A stretch of 64,000 nucleotides of DNA. Source: Candidatus Omnitrophota bacterium (GTDB lineage: Bacteria; Omnitrophota; Gorgyraeia; Gygaellales; Profunditerraquicolaceae). The position numbers and the translations under genes were made by a program. The stretch lies in NCBI GenBank assembly GCA_022710715.1, contig JAKLGJ010000004.1:128166-192165 (forward strand), read 5' to 3'. Every line of letters begins with the position of its first letter. Position 1 is the first letter of the stretch. The notes below the pieces were generated by a model that was not told where the DNA came from, did no database searches, and saw only the letters and a program-made list of their open reading frames with translations. This document shows, piece after piece, positions 19,297-29,355 of this stretch.

Positions 19297-21472
19297 AGTA
19301 TTGGTTCAATTAGGCACACAGGGTAGCGCGGCGGTGATACAACTGGCGCGTCAGTCGCTGGATAAGGTTATCAAGGCCAAAGGTCCTGCCGCCCCCATGG
19401 GATTTCCCGAGACCAATTATTATCTGCCGCTGTGCCTGGCGTTGCTTAACCGCGAAGTCCGGACTGCGGCTGATTGCGCATACATTCTTGAGCAGGCGCA
19501 GAAGCTTGACGCGGGAAAACCCGCGGCGGGAGGCGTGCATATCCCCGCACTGGGAGGCGTTCTGAACAAGGGTATTGCCACCTTGCTCTGCGAAGAGGTT
19601 CTGGCGGCGGTAGCAGTGTCCGAAGGACAGCATCCGCAACCCGGTTATGCCGGTTTTCTGCCGGATAAACTGCTGCGTTCGCTGGGGCTGCAATTGGTGG
19701 ATGGCAGGATCGCCGGTATTGCGGTCATCCTGGGGCCGGCCGCGGATGAGGATAAGGCGGTAGAGATGATCCGGCAGTTCCAGACCAACAGTATTGTCTG
19801 CCTGCTGGTGGGGAGCGCCAAAGGCACGAGCCTGAAGCAGCAACTGGAGAACAAGAAGGTCGAGCTGGGCCTGGAGAATTATATCGTGCCGCTGGGAGAA
19901 GATTACCTGTCGGCGATCTACGCGGTGAACTGGGCGGTGCGCGCGGCTTTGATCTACGGCGGATATAAACCCGGCCAGTGGGAAGGGATCGCTGAATATG
20001 TGCGCAACCGCGTACCCGCGGTGGTCGTTCTGTTAAGCCATGTGGACGAAGTTCTGGTAGCTACCGGATTGGGAGTACTGGCGCTGGGACTGCCCATCAT
20101 TACCGATCTGGATGTGCCTCAACTGGGAAAGATCGATACCACGCTCTATGAAGCGCTGGTGACCGAAAAAGATTATAAAAAGATCGTCTCCCGCTGCATC
20201 CTCACCCGCGGGATCAAGGTTAAAGTCGCGCAGGTTCCTGTTCCGGTAGCCTATGCCGCCGCTTTTGAAGGTGAACGGGTGCGCAAGGAGCAGCTATACG
20301 TCGAGTTCGGCGGCAAGTCCGGCGTTTCCTTCGAATATCTCAAAACCGCCGGCATCGAAGATATCGAGGACGGCGCGGTCAAAATAGTCGGACCGGATAT
20401 CGACGCGCTGCCCAAAGACGTTACCGCCATGCCGCTGGCCATCGTGGTCGAAGTGGCGGGGCGTAAGATGCAGAAAGATTTTGAACCGATCCTGGAACGT
20501 CAGATTCATCGTTTTGTGAATTACGCTCAAGGGATTATGCATATCGGCCAGAGGGATATGAACTGGATCCGGATTTCCCGGGAGGCTTTTACCAAGGGAT
20601 TTCGCCTGAAACATTTCGGCGTTATCCTGCATGCCATGCTGCATCAGGAATTCAGCGCGATCGTGGACAAGGTTCAGGTTACTTTGTTCACGGGCAAGCA
20701 GGATGTGCAGCGGCTCCTGGCAGAGGCCAGGCGCGTTTACGACGAACGGGATGAGCGTCTTAGCGGCATGACCGATGAAAGCGTGGATACGTTCTATTCC
20801 TGCACGCTCTGTCAGAGTTTCGCGCCCAATCATGTTTGCATCATCACGCCTGAACGTCTGGGGCTCTGCGGCGCGTATTCCTGGCTCGACGGCAAGGCTG
20901 CATTCGAGATCAATCCCACCGGCCCGAACCAGCCGGTAGAGAAAGGAACCGCTCTGGACCTGCGCCTGGGGCAATGGGACAGGATCAATCAGTTCTTCTA
21001 CGAACGGTCGAACAAAACCATCGAGAAGGTCAGCATGTATTCGCTGATGGACGCCCCGCAGTCTTCGTGCGGTTGTTTCGAATGCATCCTGGCGGTTTTA
21101 CCTGAAGTCAACGGCGTGATGGTGGTGCACCGTGATTTTCCGGGCATGACTCCCTGCGGCATGACTTTTACCACGCTGGCCGGTTCGGTCGGCGGCGGAG
21201 TGCAGACGCCGGGATTTCTGGGTATCGGCAAGCTCTATGTGGTCAGCGGCAAATTCATTTCCGCGGAAGACGGGCTCAAGCGACTGGTTTGGATGCCTAA
21301 AGAACTCAAGGAGTTGCTTAAAGATAAGCTGGTCAAGCGTTGTCAGGCCATTGGCGAGCCGGCGCTTCTGGATAAGATCGCTGATGAAACCATAGCTACT
21401 ACCGTTGAAGAGGTAGCAGCCTATCTGGAGAAGGTCAAACATCCGGTACTGGATCTCGCGCCACTGGTGTAA
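19289..21472 (+). CDS. acsB: Acetyl-CoA synthase catalytic subunit (CODH/ACS beta subunit, A-cluster)
   Basis: Aligns along its whole length with Moorella AcsB. It has RQIHRFVNYAQGIMHIGQRDMNWIRIS, the [4Fe-4S] ligands SCTLCQSFAPNHVCIITPERLGLCG and the proximal-Ni Cys-Gly-Cys motif SSCGCFECI. 727 aa. Confidence 0.9.
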   Translation: MSEVLVQLGTQGSAAVIQLARQSLDKVIKAKGPAAPMGFPETNYYLPLCLALLNREVRTAADCAYILEQAQKLDAGKPAAGGVHIPALGGVLNKGIATLLCEEVLAAVAVSEGQHPQPGYAGFLPDKLLRSLGLQLVDGRIAGIAVILGPAADEDKAVEMIRQFQTNSIVCLLVGSAKGTSLKQQLENKKVELGLENYIVPLGEDYLSAIYAVNWAVRAALIYGGYKPGQWEGIAEYVRNRVPAVVVLLSHVDEVLVATGLGVLALGLPIITDLDVPQLGKIDTTLYEALVTEKDYKKIVSRCILTRGIKVKVAQVPVPVAYAAAFEGERVRKEQLYVEFGGKSGVSFEYLKTAGIEDIEDGAVKIVGPDIDALPKDVTAMPLAIVVEVAGRKMQKDFEPILERQIHRFVNYAQGIMHIGQRDMNWIRISREAFTKGFRLKHFGVILHAMLHQEFSAIVDKVQVTLFTGKQDVQRLLAEARRVYDERDERLSGMTDESVDTFYSCTLCQSFAPNHVCIITPERLGLCGAYSWLDGKAAFEINPTGPNQPVEKGTALDLRLGQWDRINQFFYERSNKTIEKVSMYSLMDAPQSSCGCFECILAVLPEVNGVMVVHRDFPGMTPCGMTFTTLAGSVGGGVQTPGFLGIGKLYVVSGKFISAEDGLKRLVWMPKELKELLKDKLVKRCQAIGEPALLDKIADETIATTVEEVAAYLEKVKHPVLDLAPLV

Positions 21473-21487
21473 AGGAGGCCACGGATT

Positions 21488-21862
21488 ATGAACGAACGCA
21501 GGAAGGATTTACGGGTGAATAACTCGGTGATGGTGCGTTACTGGATAGGCGACGGTTTTCTCAAGACCGGTTCGCGCAGCGCGGACATGTCCACAGGGGG
21601 GGTACGTTTGCCCCTGCATCAGAAACTTGAACCCGGGACCAAGGTCGAATTGTCCATCGAAATAGAGAATAACGCTAAGCCGCTGATCGCCTCCGGGCAG
21701 GTGGCCTGGGTGGAGAGAAAAAAACATCCCCAGTATCCCTTTGAAATCGGGATTAAATTCACCCGGATAGACTCGGGAACTCTGGAACGGCTCAAGAAAT
21801 ACCTGGAGAGTCTGCCTCCCGATGACAGTGCCCCGAAGATGCGCTGGCTGGATAAGGAATAG
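21488..21862 (+). CDS. PilZ-domain protein (putative c-di-GMP receptor)
   Basis: PilZ motifs RRKDLR (RxxxR) and DMSTGGV (DxSxxG). 124 aa. RBS aaggagg lies 8 nt upstream of the start, which is 16 nt after the acsB stop. Confidence 0.7.
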   Translation: MNERRKDLRVNNSVMVRYWIGDGFLKTGSRSADMSTGGVRLPLHQKLEPGTKVELSIEIENNAKPLIASGQVAWVERKKHPQYPFEIGIKFTRIDSGTLERLKKYLESLPPDDSAPKMRWLDKE

Positions 21863-21878
21863 GGGATGAATATTTTCC

Positions 21879-21907
21879 TTGACAGTCGCTGCAACTTTAG
21901 TTATTAT
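21879..21907 (+). promoter_or_regulatory. Consensus sigma70-type promoter TTGACA-17 nt-TATTAT in an AT-rich island upstream of polA
   Basis: ttgaca at 21879-21884, a 17-nt spacer and tattat at 21902-21907. It is followed by the small hairpin cccgc-N14-gcgggg-atttt. Confidence 0.5.
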
Positions 21908-22075
21908 CATACATAAGGATATAGAACCCGCACCCTGAAATATAAGCGGGGATTTTACCTGCCTAACTTTCAAGCATTACCATTAAAATACAATAACGCT
22001 TTTGAACGAGCAGAAGTCTCATTCTTTTACCCCATTGCCAGCCATATAAGAACCCCATGTTGATCGTTATGTATC

Positions 22076-24616
22076 ATGCATAAATCAAGGGTCTATTTAA
22101 TCGACGCTACGGCGTTCTGTTACCGAGCGTTTTACGCTATTCGCGGCCTGGCTACGTCTTCGGGCCAGCCGACTAACGCGATCTTCGGATTTGTCCGGAT
22201 GCTGCAGAAGATACTCAAGCAGTATGCTCCGGAGTATCTTGCGGTTTGCTTTGACGTTTCCCGCAAGACCTTCCGTCAGGAGAAGTACGCCGCCTATAAA
22301 GCGCAGCGCCAGGCCATGCCTGACGGGTTAAGTTCGCAGATGCCGATTATCAAGCGGATCATCAAGGCTTACGGGATCAGACTCTTCGAACAGGAGGGAT
22401 TCGAGGCCGATGATATTATTGCGACGCTTGCCGCCAAAGCCCGCCGGAAATCCCTGCCGGTAGCGGTGGTCAGTTCCGACAAAGACCTGATGCAGCTGGT
22501 GGACGAGGGGGTTGTGGTGGTGAACCCCGGAACAGACGACGGGGAATTCGACGTTGCCCGGGTGAACGCAAAATTCGGCGTTGCTCCCGCGCAGATCCCC
22601 GATCTGATCGCTTTGCTGGGAGACAGCGTGGATAATATTCCGGCGGTAAAAGGCGTATCGGAAAAGAAAGCGCAGGAATTGGTGCGCACCTTCGGATCCG
22701 TGGAAAAAATACTTTCGCAGACGGAAACGGTTGTCCCGGATAAGCTGCGCGCTTTGATCGATACCAATGCCGAACAGATCAGGTTGAATAAAGATCTGGC
22801 TTCATTGCAGCGGGATATGGACCTGGATTTCGATCTTGAAGCCCTGAAGATCGATCAGCCGGATTACCAGCAATTGTATAACCTGTTCAAGGAGTTGGAG
22901 TTTAAGGCCTTTTTGAAAGATCTGCCGGTCACCGGAAAGCAGGATGAGCTTAAGGCTCAAGCAGTTGTCCTGGAGGATAAGGATGTCCGGGCAGCGGTCA
23001 AGGGGCACGGCGCCATAACGGTGTACGCTCTTTCCGGGGAATCCCTGACTTTGGGCATCGACGGAAAGATCTATACCGTGCCGAATATGGCCGGGCAGGT
23101 GCAGGCGGTCCTGGCAGATCCGGAGGTCAAAAAAATCGGGCATGACCTGAAAAAATTGAAGATCGTGCTCAAGGGCGCAGGCATGGAATTGTCCGGTCTG
23201 TGGTTCGATATCATGATCGCCGGCTATCTGGTCAATCCCGCGCGCAGCTCTTTCAGCCTGGAGGACCTGGCCTGGGAATATCTGAAAAAGACCGTTGACG
23301 ATGCTGCCAGCGATGGAGTCAAAGCCGTCAGCCTGATCATGACCCTGCAGCCGGTGTTTGAGCGGTTGTTGCGGGAGAACGGGCTGGAGAAGCTGTTTAC
23401 CGCAACGGAGATGCCGCTGGTTGACGTGCTGGCAGGGATGGAACTCTGCGGGATAAGGCTGGATACCGGAAAGCTCGCACGACTATCCCGCGATCTGGAA
23501 AAGAAGCTCGCCCATCTGATCGAGGAAATTTATGCTTTGTGCGGTTGCCAGTTCAATATCAATTCTCCCAAACAGTTGCAGCGGGTGCTCTTTGAAGAAC
23601 TCAAACTGCCCGTGGTAAAACGCACCAAGACCGGAGCGTCTACCGATGAAGAAGTATTGCGGACACTGGCAGCGCAGCATCCCTTGCCCAGGATGCTGCT
23701 GGAATACCGGCAGTTGACCAAGCTCAAAAGCACCTATATCGACGCTTTGCCGGAAATGGTCAATCCCGCGTCGGGCCGGGTGCATACATCGTTCAATCAG
23801 ACCGGCACTGAAACCGGCCGCTTGAGTTCCAGCAATCCCAATCTGCAGAATATTCCCATTAAGACCGAGCTGGGCCGCAGTATCCGGGAAGCGATCATCG
23901 CTTTCAGCGGGAAGAGCTGCCTGCTTTCCTGCGATTACTCCCAGATCGAGCTGCGGGTTCTGGCTCACCTTTCCGGAGATAAGACGTTGATCTCCGCTTT
24001 CAAACAGGGGCACGATATACATAAGAAGACCGCGGCATTGATCTATGACATCGACGAAAAAGAAGTGAGCGATCAGCAGCGCACGGTGGCGAAGCGGGTC
24101 AATTTCGGCATCGTGTACGGGTTGAGCGCGTTCGGTCTGGCCCGGGACCTGGAGATACCCCTGGAACAGGCGCAGAGATTCATCGAAGCATATTTTGTGC
24201 GGTATCCGGGAGTCAAAGCGTATATCGGCGAGCAGATCGTTCGCGCGGAAAAAGAAGGGTTTGTCACCACCATTCTGGGCCGGCGCAGATATCTTCCGGA
24301 GATCAAAGACAGGAATCAATCCATCCGCCAGTTCGCTCAACGGCAGGCGATCAATACGCCGATACAGGGATCCGCCAGCGATATGATAAAAATGGCGATG
24401 GTGCGCATCCAGCATCATCTGCAGTCGCAGCCGGTTCCGGGAACGATGATCCTGCAGATTCACGATGAATTGCTCTTTGATGTCGCCCGGACGCATCTGG
24501 AGCAGTTTGGCCGGATGGTGAAAGAGTGCATGGAGCATGTTTTCACGCTTGAAGTGCCGGTAGTGGTGGATATGCAGTACGGCGCGAACTGGGCGCAGAT
24601 GCAGCCGTTCCAATAA
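22076..24616 (+). CDS. polA: DNA polymerase I
   Basis: 846 aa. The 5'-3' exonuclease N-terminus matches (LIDATAFCYRAFYAI), as do the polymerase motifs A, B and C (DYSQIELR, RTVAKRVNFGIVYG, QIHDELLFD). Confidence 0.95.
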   Translation: MHKSRVYLIDATAFCYRAFYAIRGLATSSGQPTNAIFGFVRMLQKILKQYAPEYLAVCFDVSRKTFRQEKYAAYKAQRQAMPDGLSSQMPIIKRIIKAYGIRLFEQEGFEADDIIATLAAKARRKSLPVAVVSSDKDLMQLVDEGVVVVNPGTDDGEFDVARVNAKFGVAPAQIPDLIALLGDSVDNIPAVKGVSEKKAQELVRTFGSVEKILSQTETVVPDKLRALIDTNAEQIRLNKDLASLQRDMDLDFDLEALKIDQPDYQQLYNLFKELEFKAFLKDLPVTGKQDELKAQAVVLEDKDVRAAVKGHGAITVYALSGESLTLGIDGKIYTVPNMAGQVQAVLADPEVKKIGHDLKKLKIVLKGAGMELSGLWFDIMIAGYLVNPARSSFSLEDLAWEYLKKTVDDAASDGVKAVSLIMTLQPVFERLLRENGLEKLFTATEMPLVDVLAGMELCGIRLDTGKLARLSRDLEKKLAHLIEEIYALCGCQFNINSPKQLQRVLFEELKLPVVKRTKTGASTDEEVLRTLAAQHPLPRMLLEYRQLTKLKSTYIDALPEMVNPASGRVHTSFNQTGTETGRLSSSNPNLQNIPIKTELGRSIREAIIAFSGKSCLLSCDYSQIELRVLAHLSGDKTLISAFKQGHDIHKKTAALIYDIDEKEVSDQQRTVAKRVNFGIVYGLSAFGLARDLEIPLEQAQRFIEAYFVRYPGVKAYIGEQIVRAEKEGFVTTILGRRRYLPEIKDRNQSIRQFAQRQAINTPIQGSASDMIKMAMVRIQHHLQSQPVPGTMILQIHDELLFDVARTHLEQFGRMVKECMEHVFTLEVPVVVDMQYGANWAQMQPFQ

Positions 24617-24677
24617 GGGTCGGGTTGCCCGCGGGGGGCGACAGCGGATGGAGAGCAGCAAGTGCGAGGAGGGGGTC

Positions 24678-26072
24678 ATGAAAATAGTCATGTGTGCGAG
24701 CGAAGTGGTTCCTTTTGCCAAGACCGGCGGGCTGGCCGATGTGGCAGGCGCGTTGCCGGTGGCTCTGGAGAAACTCCAGCAGGACGTTATCATCGTTATG
24801 CCGGGATACAAAAAGACCCATGAACTCAAGAGCCCGGCGATCAAGCAACTCAAGGAAGGGGTTTCCTGGGCGCAGATCGGCAAAGGCATCAAAGTATACC
24901 TCATCGACCGGAAAGATTATTTCGACCGCGACGGCCTCTACGGCGACAAGACCGGCGATTTTCCCGACAATCTGGACCGTTTTTCGTTTTTCTGCAGGCG
25001 GACTCTGGAATTGCTCAAAGAGATCGATTTCAAACCCGATATCATCCATTGCCATGACTGGCAATCGGGATTGGTGCCGGTATATCTCAAAACCACGTAC
25101 AAGAACGATCCGTTCTTTAAAAACACCCGGACCATTTTTACCATTCACAACATCGGCTATCAGGGGCTGTTCAAAAAAGAAGAGTTCCCCCGCCTGGGAC
25201 TGGACTGGAGCGTTTTCAGCGTGGATAAACTGGAGTATTACGACAAGATCAATATCCTTAAAGGCGGCATCGTGTTTTCCGACCTGATCAATACGGTCAG
25301 CGACGCGTACAGCAGGGAGATCCAGACCAAGGAGTTCGGGTTCGGGATGGAAGGGATACTCAATCAGCGCAAGGCCGACGTGTCGGGGATCATCAACGGC
25401 CTGGATTACGGCATCTGGGATCCGGCGCTTGACAAGCAGATTTTCAATCAGTTTTCCGTCAAGGAGATCGAAGGCAAATACGAGAACAAGAGCGGCTTGC
25501 AGAAGATGGTCGGTTTGCCGGAAAAACGCACCGTTCCTTTATTCGGGATCGTTTCGCGTCTGGCCGAACAAAAAGGGTTCGATATCCTGGCTGAAGGTAT
25601 CGACGAGATCTGCAAGATGGATCTGCAACTGGTCATTCTGGGCACCGGCGACGCCAAATATCACGAACTGCTGGAAAAAATGGTTAAGAAATATCCCAAA
25701 GTGATTTCATTGAGTTTGAAATTCGACGACGCGCTGGCGCACCGGATCTACGCCGGTTCGGATATTTTCCTCATGCCCTCGAAATACGAACCGTGCGGGC
25801 TGGGGCAGATGATCAGTCTTAAATACGGTACGATCCCGCTGGTTTTCAAGACCGGGGGGCTTGCCGACACCGTCAACGAGAAGAACGGGTTTGTTTTTGA
25901 CGTCTACAGCAAGGCCGAGCTGATCAAGACGATCAAAAAAGCCATCTCCGCTTTCAAAGCCAAAGCCGGCTGGAGCAAACTGGTTACCGCCGCCATGAAA
26001 TGCAATTTCTCCTGGGCGGAATCGGCCAAGAAATACGTCGAGCTGTATGGAAAAGCCAAGGCAAAAAGTTAA
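24678..26072 (+). CDS. glgA: Glycogen synthase (ADP-glucose type)
   Basis: MKIVMCASEVVPFAKTGGLADVAGALP, the IHCHDWQ motif and the C-terminal GT1 domain. Start ATG 24678 is inside ORF 24648. Confidence 0.9.
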   Translation: MKIVMCASEVVPFAKTGGLADVAGALPVALEKLQQDVIIVMPGYKKTHELKSPAIKQLKEGVSWAQIGKGIKVYLIDRKDYFDRDGLYGDKTGDFPDNLDRFSFFCRRTLELLKEIDFKPDIIHCHDWQSGLVPVYLKTTYKNDPFFKNTRTIFTIHNIGYQGLFKKEEFPRLGLDWSVFSVDKLEYYDKINILKGGIVFSDLINTVSDAYSREIQTKEFGFGMEGILNQRKADVSGIINGLDYGIWDPALDKQIFNQFSVKEIEGKYENKSGLQKMVGLPEKRTVPLFGIVSRLAEQKGFDILAEGIDEICKMDLQLVILGTGDAKYHELLEKMVKKYPKVISLSLKFDDALAHRIYAGSDIFLMPSKYEPCGLGQMISLKYGTIPLVFKTGGLADTVNEKNGFVFDVYSKAELIKTIKKAISAFKAKAGWSKLVTAAMKCNFSWAESAKKYVELYGKAKAKS

Positions 26073-26658
26073 ACGCGTACTGGGCGTGACCGGCGGATTC
26101 GGCTGCGGCAAGACCACGGTAGCAGCAATGCTGTCGCGCGCCGGCGCAGTGGTTATCGACGCAGATGCCGTTGCGCATGCGCTGATGCGTCCGCGCACCG
26201 CAGTGTACCGGCGTATCCGCCGGTTCTTCGGCGCGGGCGTAGTGAGTACCGACGGTCAGATCGACCGTCAGGCATTATCCCGTATCGTTTTTACCGATCC
26301 GGTCAAGCTTGTTCGGTTGAACCGGATCATGCACCCGGCGATCATCGCATCCATGCGCCGGCAGATTCGTCGCGTTACAAAGGGGATGGTGGTGCTGGAC
26401 GCACCGCTTTTATTCGAAACCGGCCTTGACCGCATGGCAGACGCGGTGATCGTGGTCAAAGCCTCACCGGCCCGCCAGAGGCAGCGGATCAAGGCGCGGG
26501 ATGGTTTATCCGGCAGACAGATTGCTTTGAGGATCAAAGCGCAGATTCCCCTTTCAGAAAAGATCCGTAGAGCGGATTTTGTAATAGATAATACCGGAAC
26601 CAAGATCAATACGCTTAAACAAGTGCAACACATAAGGAGGCAGTTGTGGAGAAGTTAG
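26047..26658 (+). CDS. coaE: Dephospho-CoA kinase
   Basis: P-loop [19 protein letters not shown] and the CoaE fold. The start is uncertain and overlaps the glgA 3' end. Confidence 0.85.
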   Translation: MEKPRQKVKRVLGVTGGFGCGKTTVAAMLSRAGAVVIDADAVAHALMRPRTAVYRRIRRFFGAGVVSTDGQIDRQALSRIVFTDPVKLVRLNRIMHPAIIASMRRQIRRVTKGMVVLDAPLLFETGLDRMADAVIVVKASPARQRQRIKARDGLSGRQIALRIKAQIPLSEKIRRADFVIDNTGTKINTLKQVQHIRRQLWRS

Positions 26659-27902
26659 ACATCAGTAAATTAAAAGACATGAAAATCACCGAGCTCAATA
26701 AGCTGGCCAGGGAGCTCAATGTCAACGGCATCAGCGGCCTGAAGAAACAGGACCTGATCTTCAAGATTTTGCAGGGTCAGGCGGAGAAAGAAGGTTTGAT
26801 GTTCGGCGAGGGGATCCTGGAGATCCTGCCGGAGGGGTTCGGCTTCCTGCGGTCTCCGAATTACAACTACCTGCCCTGTCCGGACGATATTTATATCTCC
26901 CCGTCGCAGATCCGCAAATTCGACCTGCGCACCGGCGATACGGTCAGCGGTCAGATCCGCCCGCCCAAGGAAGGGGAAAAATATTTCGCCCTGCTCAAAG
27001 TCGAAGCGGTGAATTTCGAGAATCCCGACGACGGCAAGGAGAAGGTTTTGTTCGACAACCTCACGCCCATTTATCCTCTTCAGCGTTTTAACATGGAGAC
27101 CAACCCCGACGAGATCTCCATGCGCGTGATGGGGTTGCTCACGCCCATGGGCAAGGGGCAGCGCGGTTTGATCGTTGCGCAGCCGTACAGCGGAAAGACC
27201 GTTTTGCTGCAGAAAATAGCCAATGCCGTTATGGCGAATAATCCGGACGTGATCCTGATCGTTTTGCTGATCGACGAGCGCCCCGAGGAAGTTACCGATA
27301 TGCAGCGGCATGTCAAGGGCGAGGTCATTTCTTCGACGTTCGACGAACCGCCGGAACGTCACATTCAGGTAGCGGAGATCGTGCTGGAGAAAGCCAAGCG
27401 ATTGGTGGAACACAAGAAAGACGTGGTTATCCTGCTTGACAGCATCACCAGGCTGGCCCGCGCCTATAACTCGGTGGTCCCGCACAGCGGCAAGGTGCTC
27501 TCCGGCGGTATCGATTCCAACGCTCTGCAGAAGCCCAAGCGCTTTTTCGGAGCTGCCCGGGCGATCGAAGAAGGCGGTTCGCTGACCATCATCGCCACGG
27601 CGCTGGTCGATACGGGAAGCCGCATGGACGAAGTTATCTTTGAAGAGTTCAAAGGCACCGGGAATATGGAACTGCAGCTGGACAGGAATCTCTTCCAGCG
27701 CAGGATCTATCCGGCGATCGACATCAAGCGGTCCAATACCCGCCATGAGGAATTGTTGCTCAAACCCGATGAGCTCACCAAGGTCTGGATATTGCGTAAG
27801 GTGTTGAATGAATTGAACAACGTGGAAGCGATGGAGCTTCTGATCGAGAAGCTGGCTAAAACCAAGACCAACGAGGATTTCTTAAACAGCATGAACCAAT
27901 AA
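26646..27902 (+). CDS. rho: Transcription termination factor Rho
   Basis: N-terminal [26 protein letters not shown], the RNA-binding domain, Walker A box [12 protein letters not shown] and the Q/R loops. It starts with GTG. Confidence 0.95.
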   Translation: MEKLDISKLKDMKITELNKLARELNVNGISGLKKQDLIFKILQGQAEKEGLMFGEGILEILPEGFGFLRSPNYNYLPCPDDIYISPSQIRKFDLRTGDTVSGQIRPPKEGEKYFALLKVEAVNFENPDDGKEKVLFDNLTPIYPLQRFNMETNPDEISMRVMGLLTPMGKGQRGLIVAQPYSGKTVLLQKIANAVMANNPDVILIVLLIDERPEEVTDMQRHVKGEVISSTFDEPPERHIQVAEIVLEKAKRLVEHKKDVVILLDSITRLARAYNSVVPHSGKVLSGGIDSNALQKPKRFFGAARAIEEGGSLTIIATALVDTGSRMDEVIFEEFKGTGNMELQLDRNLFQRRIYPAIDIKRSNTRHEELLLKPDELTKVWILRKVLNELNNVEAMELLIEKLAKTKTNEDFLNSMNQ

Positions 27903-27920
27903 CCAAAGAGGAGAAATCAG

Positions 27921-28124
27921 ATGAAAGACAAGATCCATCCCGACTATAAGGAGTGTACCATTGTATGCGCGTGCGGCAACACCATTCACACGCGTTCCAC
28001 CAAGCCGACTATCCGCGTGGAGATCTGCTCGGCCTGCCACCCGTTTTTCAGCGGTAAAAAGAAGCTGGTCGATTCCGCCGGCCGCGTGGACAAGTTCATG
28101 AAGAAGTACGGCAAAGCAAAATAA
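27921..28124 (+). CDS. rpmE: 50S ribosomal protein L31
   Basis: [21 protein letters not shown]...[11 protein letters not shown] is the zinc-binding type A L31. Confidence 0.9.
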   Translation: MKDKIHPDYKECTIVCACGNTIHTRSTKPTIRVEICSACHPFFSGKKKLVDSAGRVDKFMKKYGKAK

Positions 28125-28290
28125 CCGGAAGCCGTGCGGGCGCGAAATCACGCAGTGTGTTACGGGGTTCGTGAGCGCGCATCAGTTTTTTCGATGGCGA
28201 AGGCGGTTGTTATCGAAACGAAAAAACTTTAAGCGCGAACGAATCCCGGAATACACTGCGTTATAACGTGTCGGCACGGATTGTTTTCGT

Positions 28291-29355
28291 ATGATCGATA
28301 AACTTCAGAAATTAGAGCAGCGCTACGTGGAACTCGAGCATATGCTTGCGGATCACGAGCTGCTGGCTGACCAGGACCGGTACAATAAGCTGGCCAAGGA
28401 GCTTTCCGACCTGCGGACTCCGGTGAGCGCGTTCCGCGATTTTCAGAAGCTCGCCAGAGAGATCGCCGACCTCGAGCTGATTCTCAAGGAGAAGCACGAT
28501 CCGGAGATCGTCGAGATGGCCCGGGCGGAACTGCCCCAGCTCACTACCCGCAAGAGCGCGCTTGAGGCCAGGCTCAAAGAGCTCCTCAAGGGAGAGGATA
28601 AGGACGCGGGAAAAGACGTGATCATGGAGATCCGGCAGGGGACCGGCGGAGCGGAAGCGACGCTCTTTGCCGCAGACCTGTACCGCATGTATACGCGCTA
28701 TGCCGCGCAAAAAGGCTGGAATGCGGAATTAATGTCCGCGCATGAAACCGACGAAGGCGGTTTCAAAGAAGTGGTTTTCAGCGTGCGCGGCAGGGATGCC
28801 TATCGGCACTTCAAGTTTGAGAGCGGAGTGCATCGCGTACAGCGTGTTCCGGAAACCGAAGCGCAGGGCAGGATCCATACGTCCACCGCGACGGTAGCGG
28901 TGCTGGTGGAACCCGATGATGTCGAGCTGGTGATCAATCCCGCGGATCTGAAGATCGAGACCTACCGTTCTTCCGGTCCCGGCGGGCAGCATATGCAGAA
29001 GACGGATTCCGCGGTGAGGATTACGCATATCCCGACGGGGGTGGTCGTTGCCTGTCAGGATGAGCGTTCGCAGATCAAGAACAAGACGAAAGCGATGCGT
29101 ATACTCGGCGCGCGTCTTCTGGACGCCAAACAACAGGCGGAAGCGAAAAAGATAACCGAGGAGCGCCGGTCACAGATCGGTACCGGCGATCGCAGCGAAA
29201 AGATCCGCACGTATAACTATCCCGACCGCCGGGTAACCGATCATCGCGTCAACCTGACGTTGTACCGTTTGGAGCAGATCATGGAAGGTGATCTCGACGA
29301 GTTGTTCGACGGCCTCTTAAAAGCGGCCGAAGAACAAGCAGAGAAAAATGAATGA
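28291..29355 (+). CDS. prfA: Peptide chain release factor 1
   Basis: GGQ motif [24 protein letters not shown] and an RF1-type tripeptide region [17 protein letters not shown], which has PET in place of the usual PAT/PVT. Confidence 0.9.
   Translation: MIDKLQKLEQRYVELEHMLADHELLADQDRYNKLAKELSDLRTPVSAFRDFQKLAREIADLELILKEKHDPEIVEMARAELPQLTTRKSALEARLKELLKGEDKDAGKDVIMEIRQGTGGAEATLFAADLYRMYTRYAAQKGWNAELMSAHETDEGGFKEVVFSVRGRDAYRHFKFESGVHRVQRVPETEAQGRIHTSTATVAVLVEPDDVELVINPADLKIETYRSSGPGGQHMQKTDSAVRITHIPTGVVVACQDERSQIKNKTKAMRILGARLLDAKQQAEAKKITEERRSQIGTGDRSEKIRTYNYPDRRVTDHRVNLTLYRLEQIMEGDLDELFDGLLKAAEEQAEKNE

Noticed and set aside
28125-28290. Inverted repeat CGCAGTGTGT / ACACACTGCG about 80 nt apart between rpmE and prfA as a terminator or riboswitch.
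   Set aside because: The arms are short and distant. There is no U-tract and no recognisable motif, so it is probably a chance repeat.
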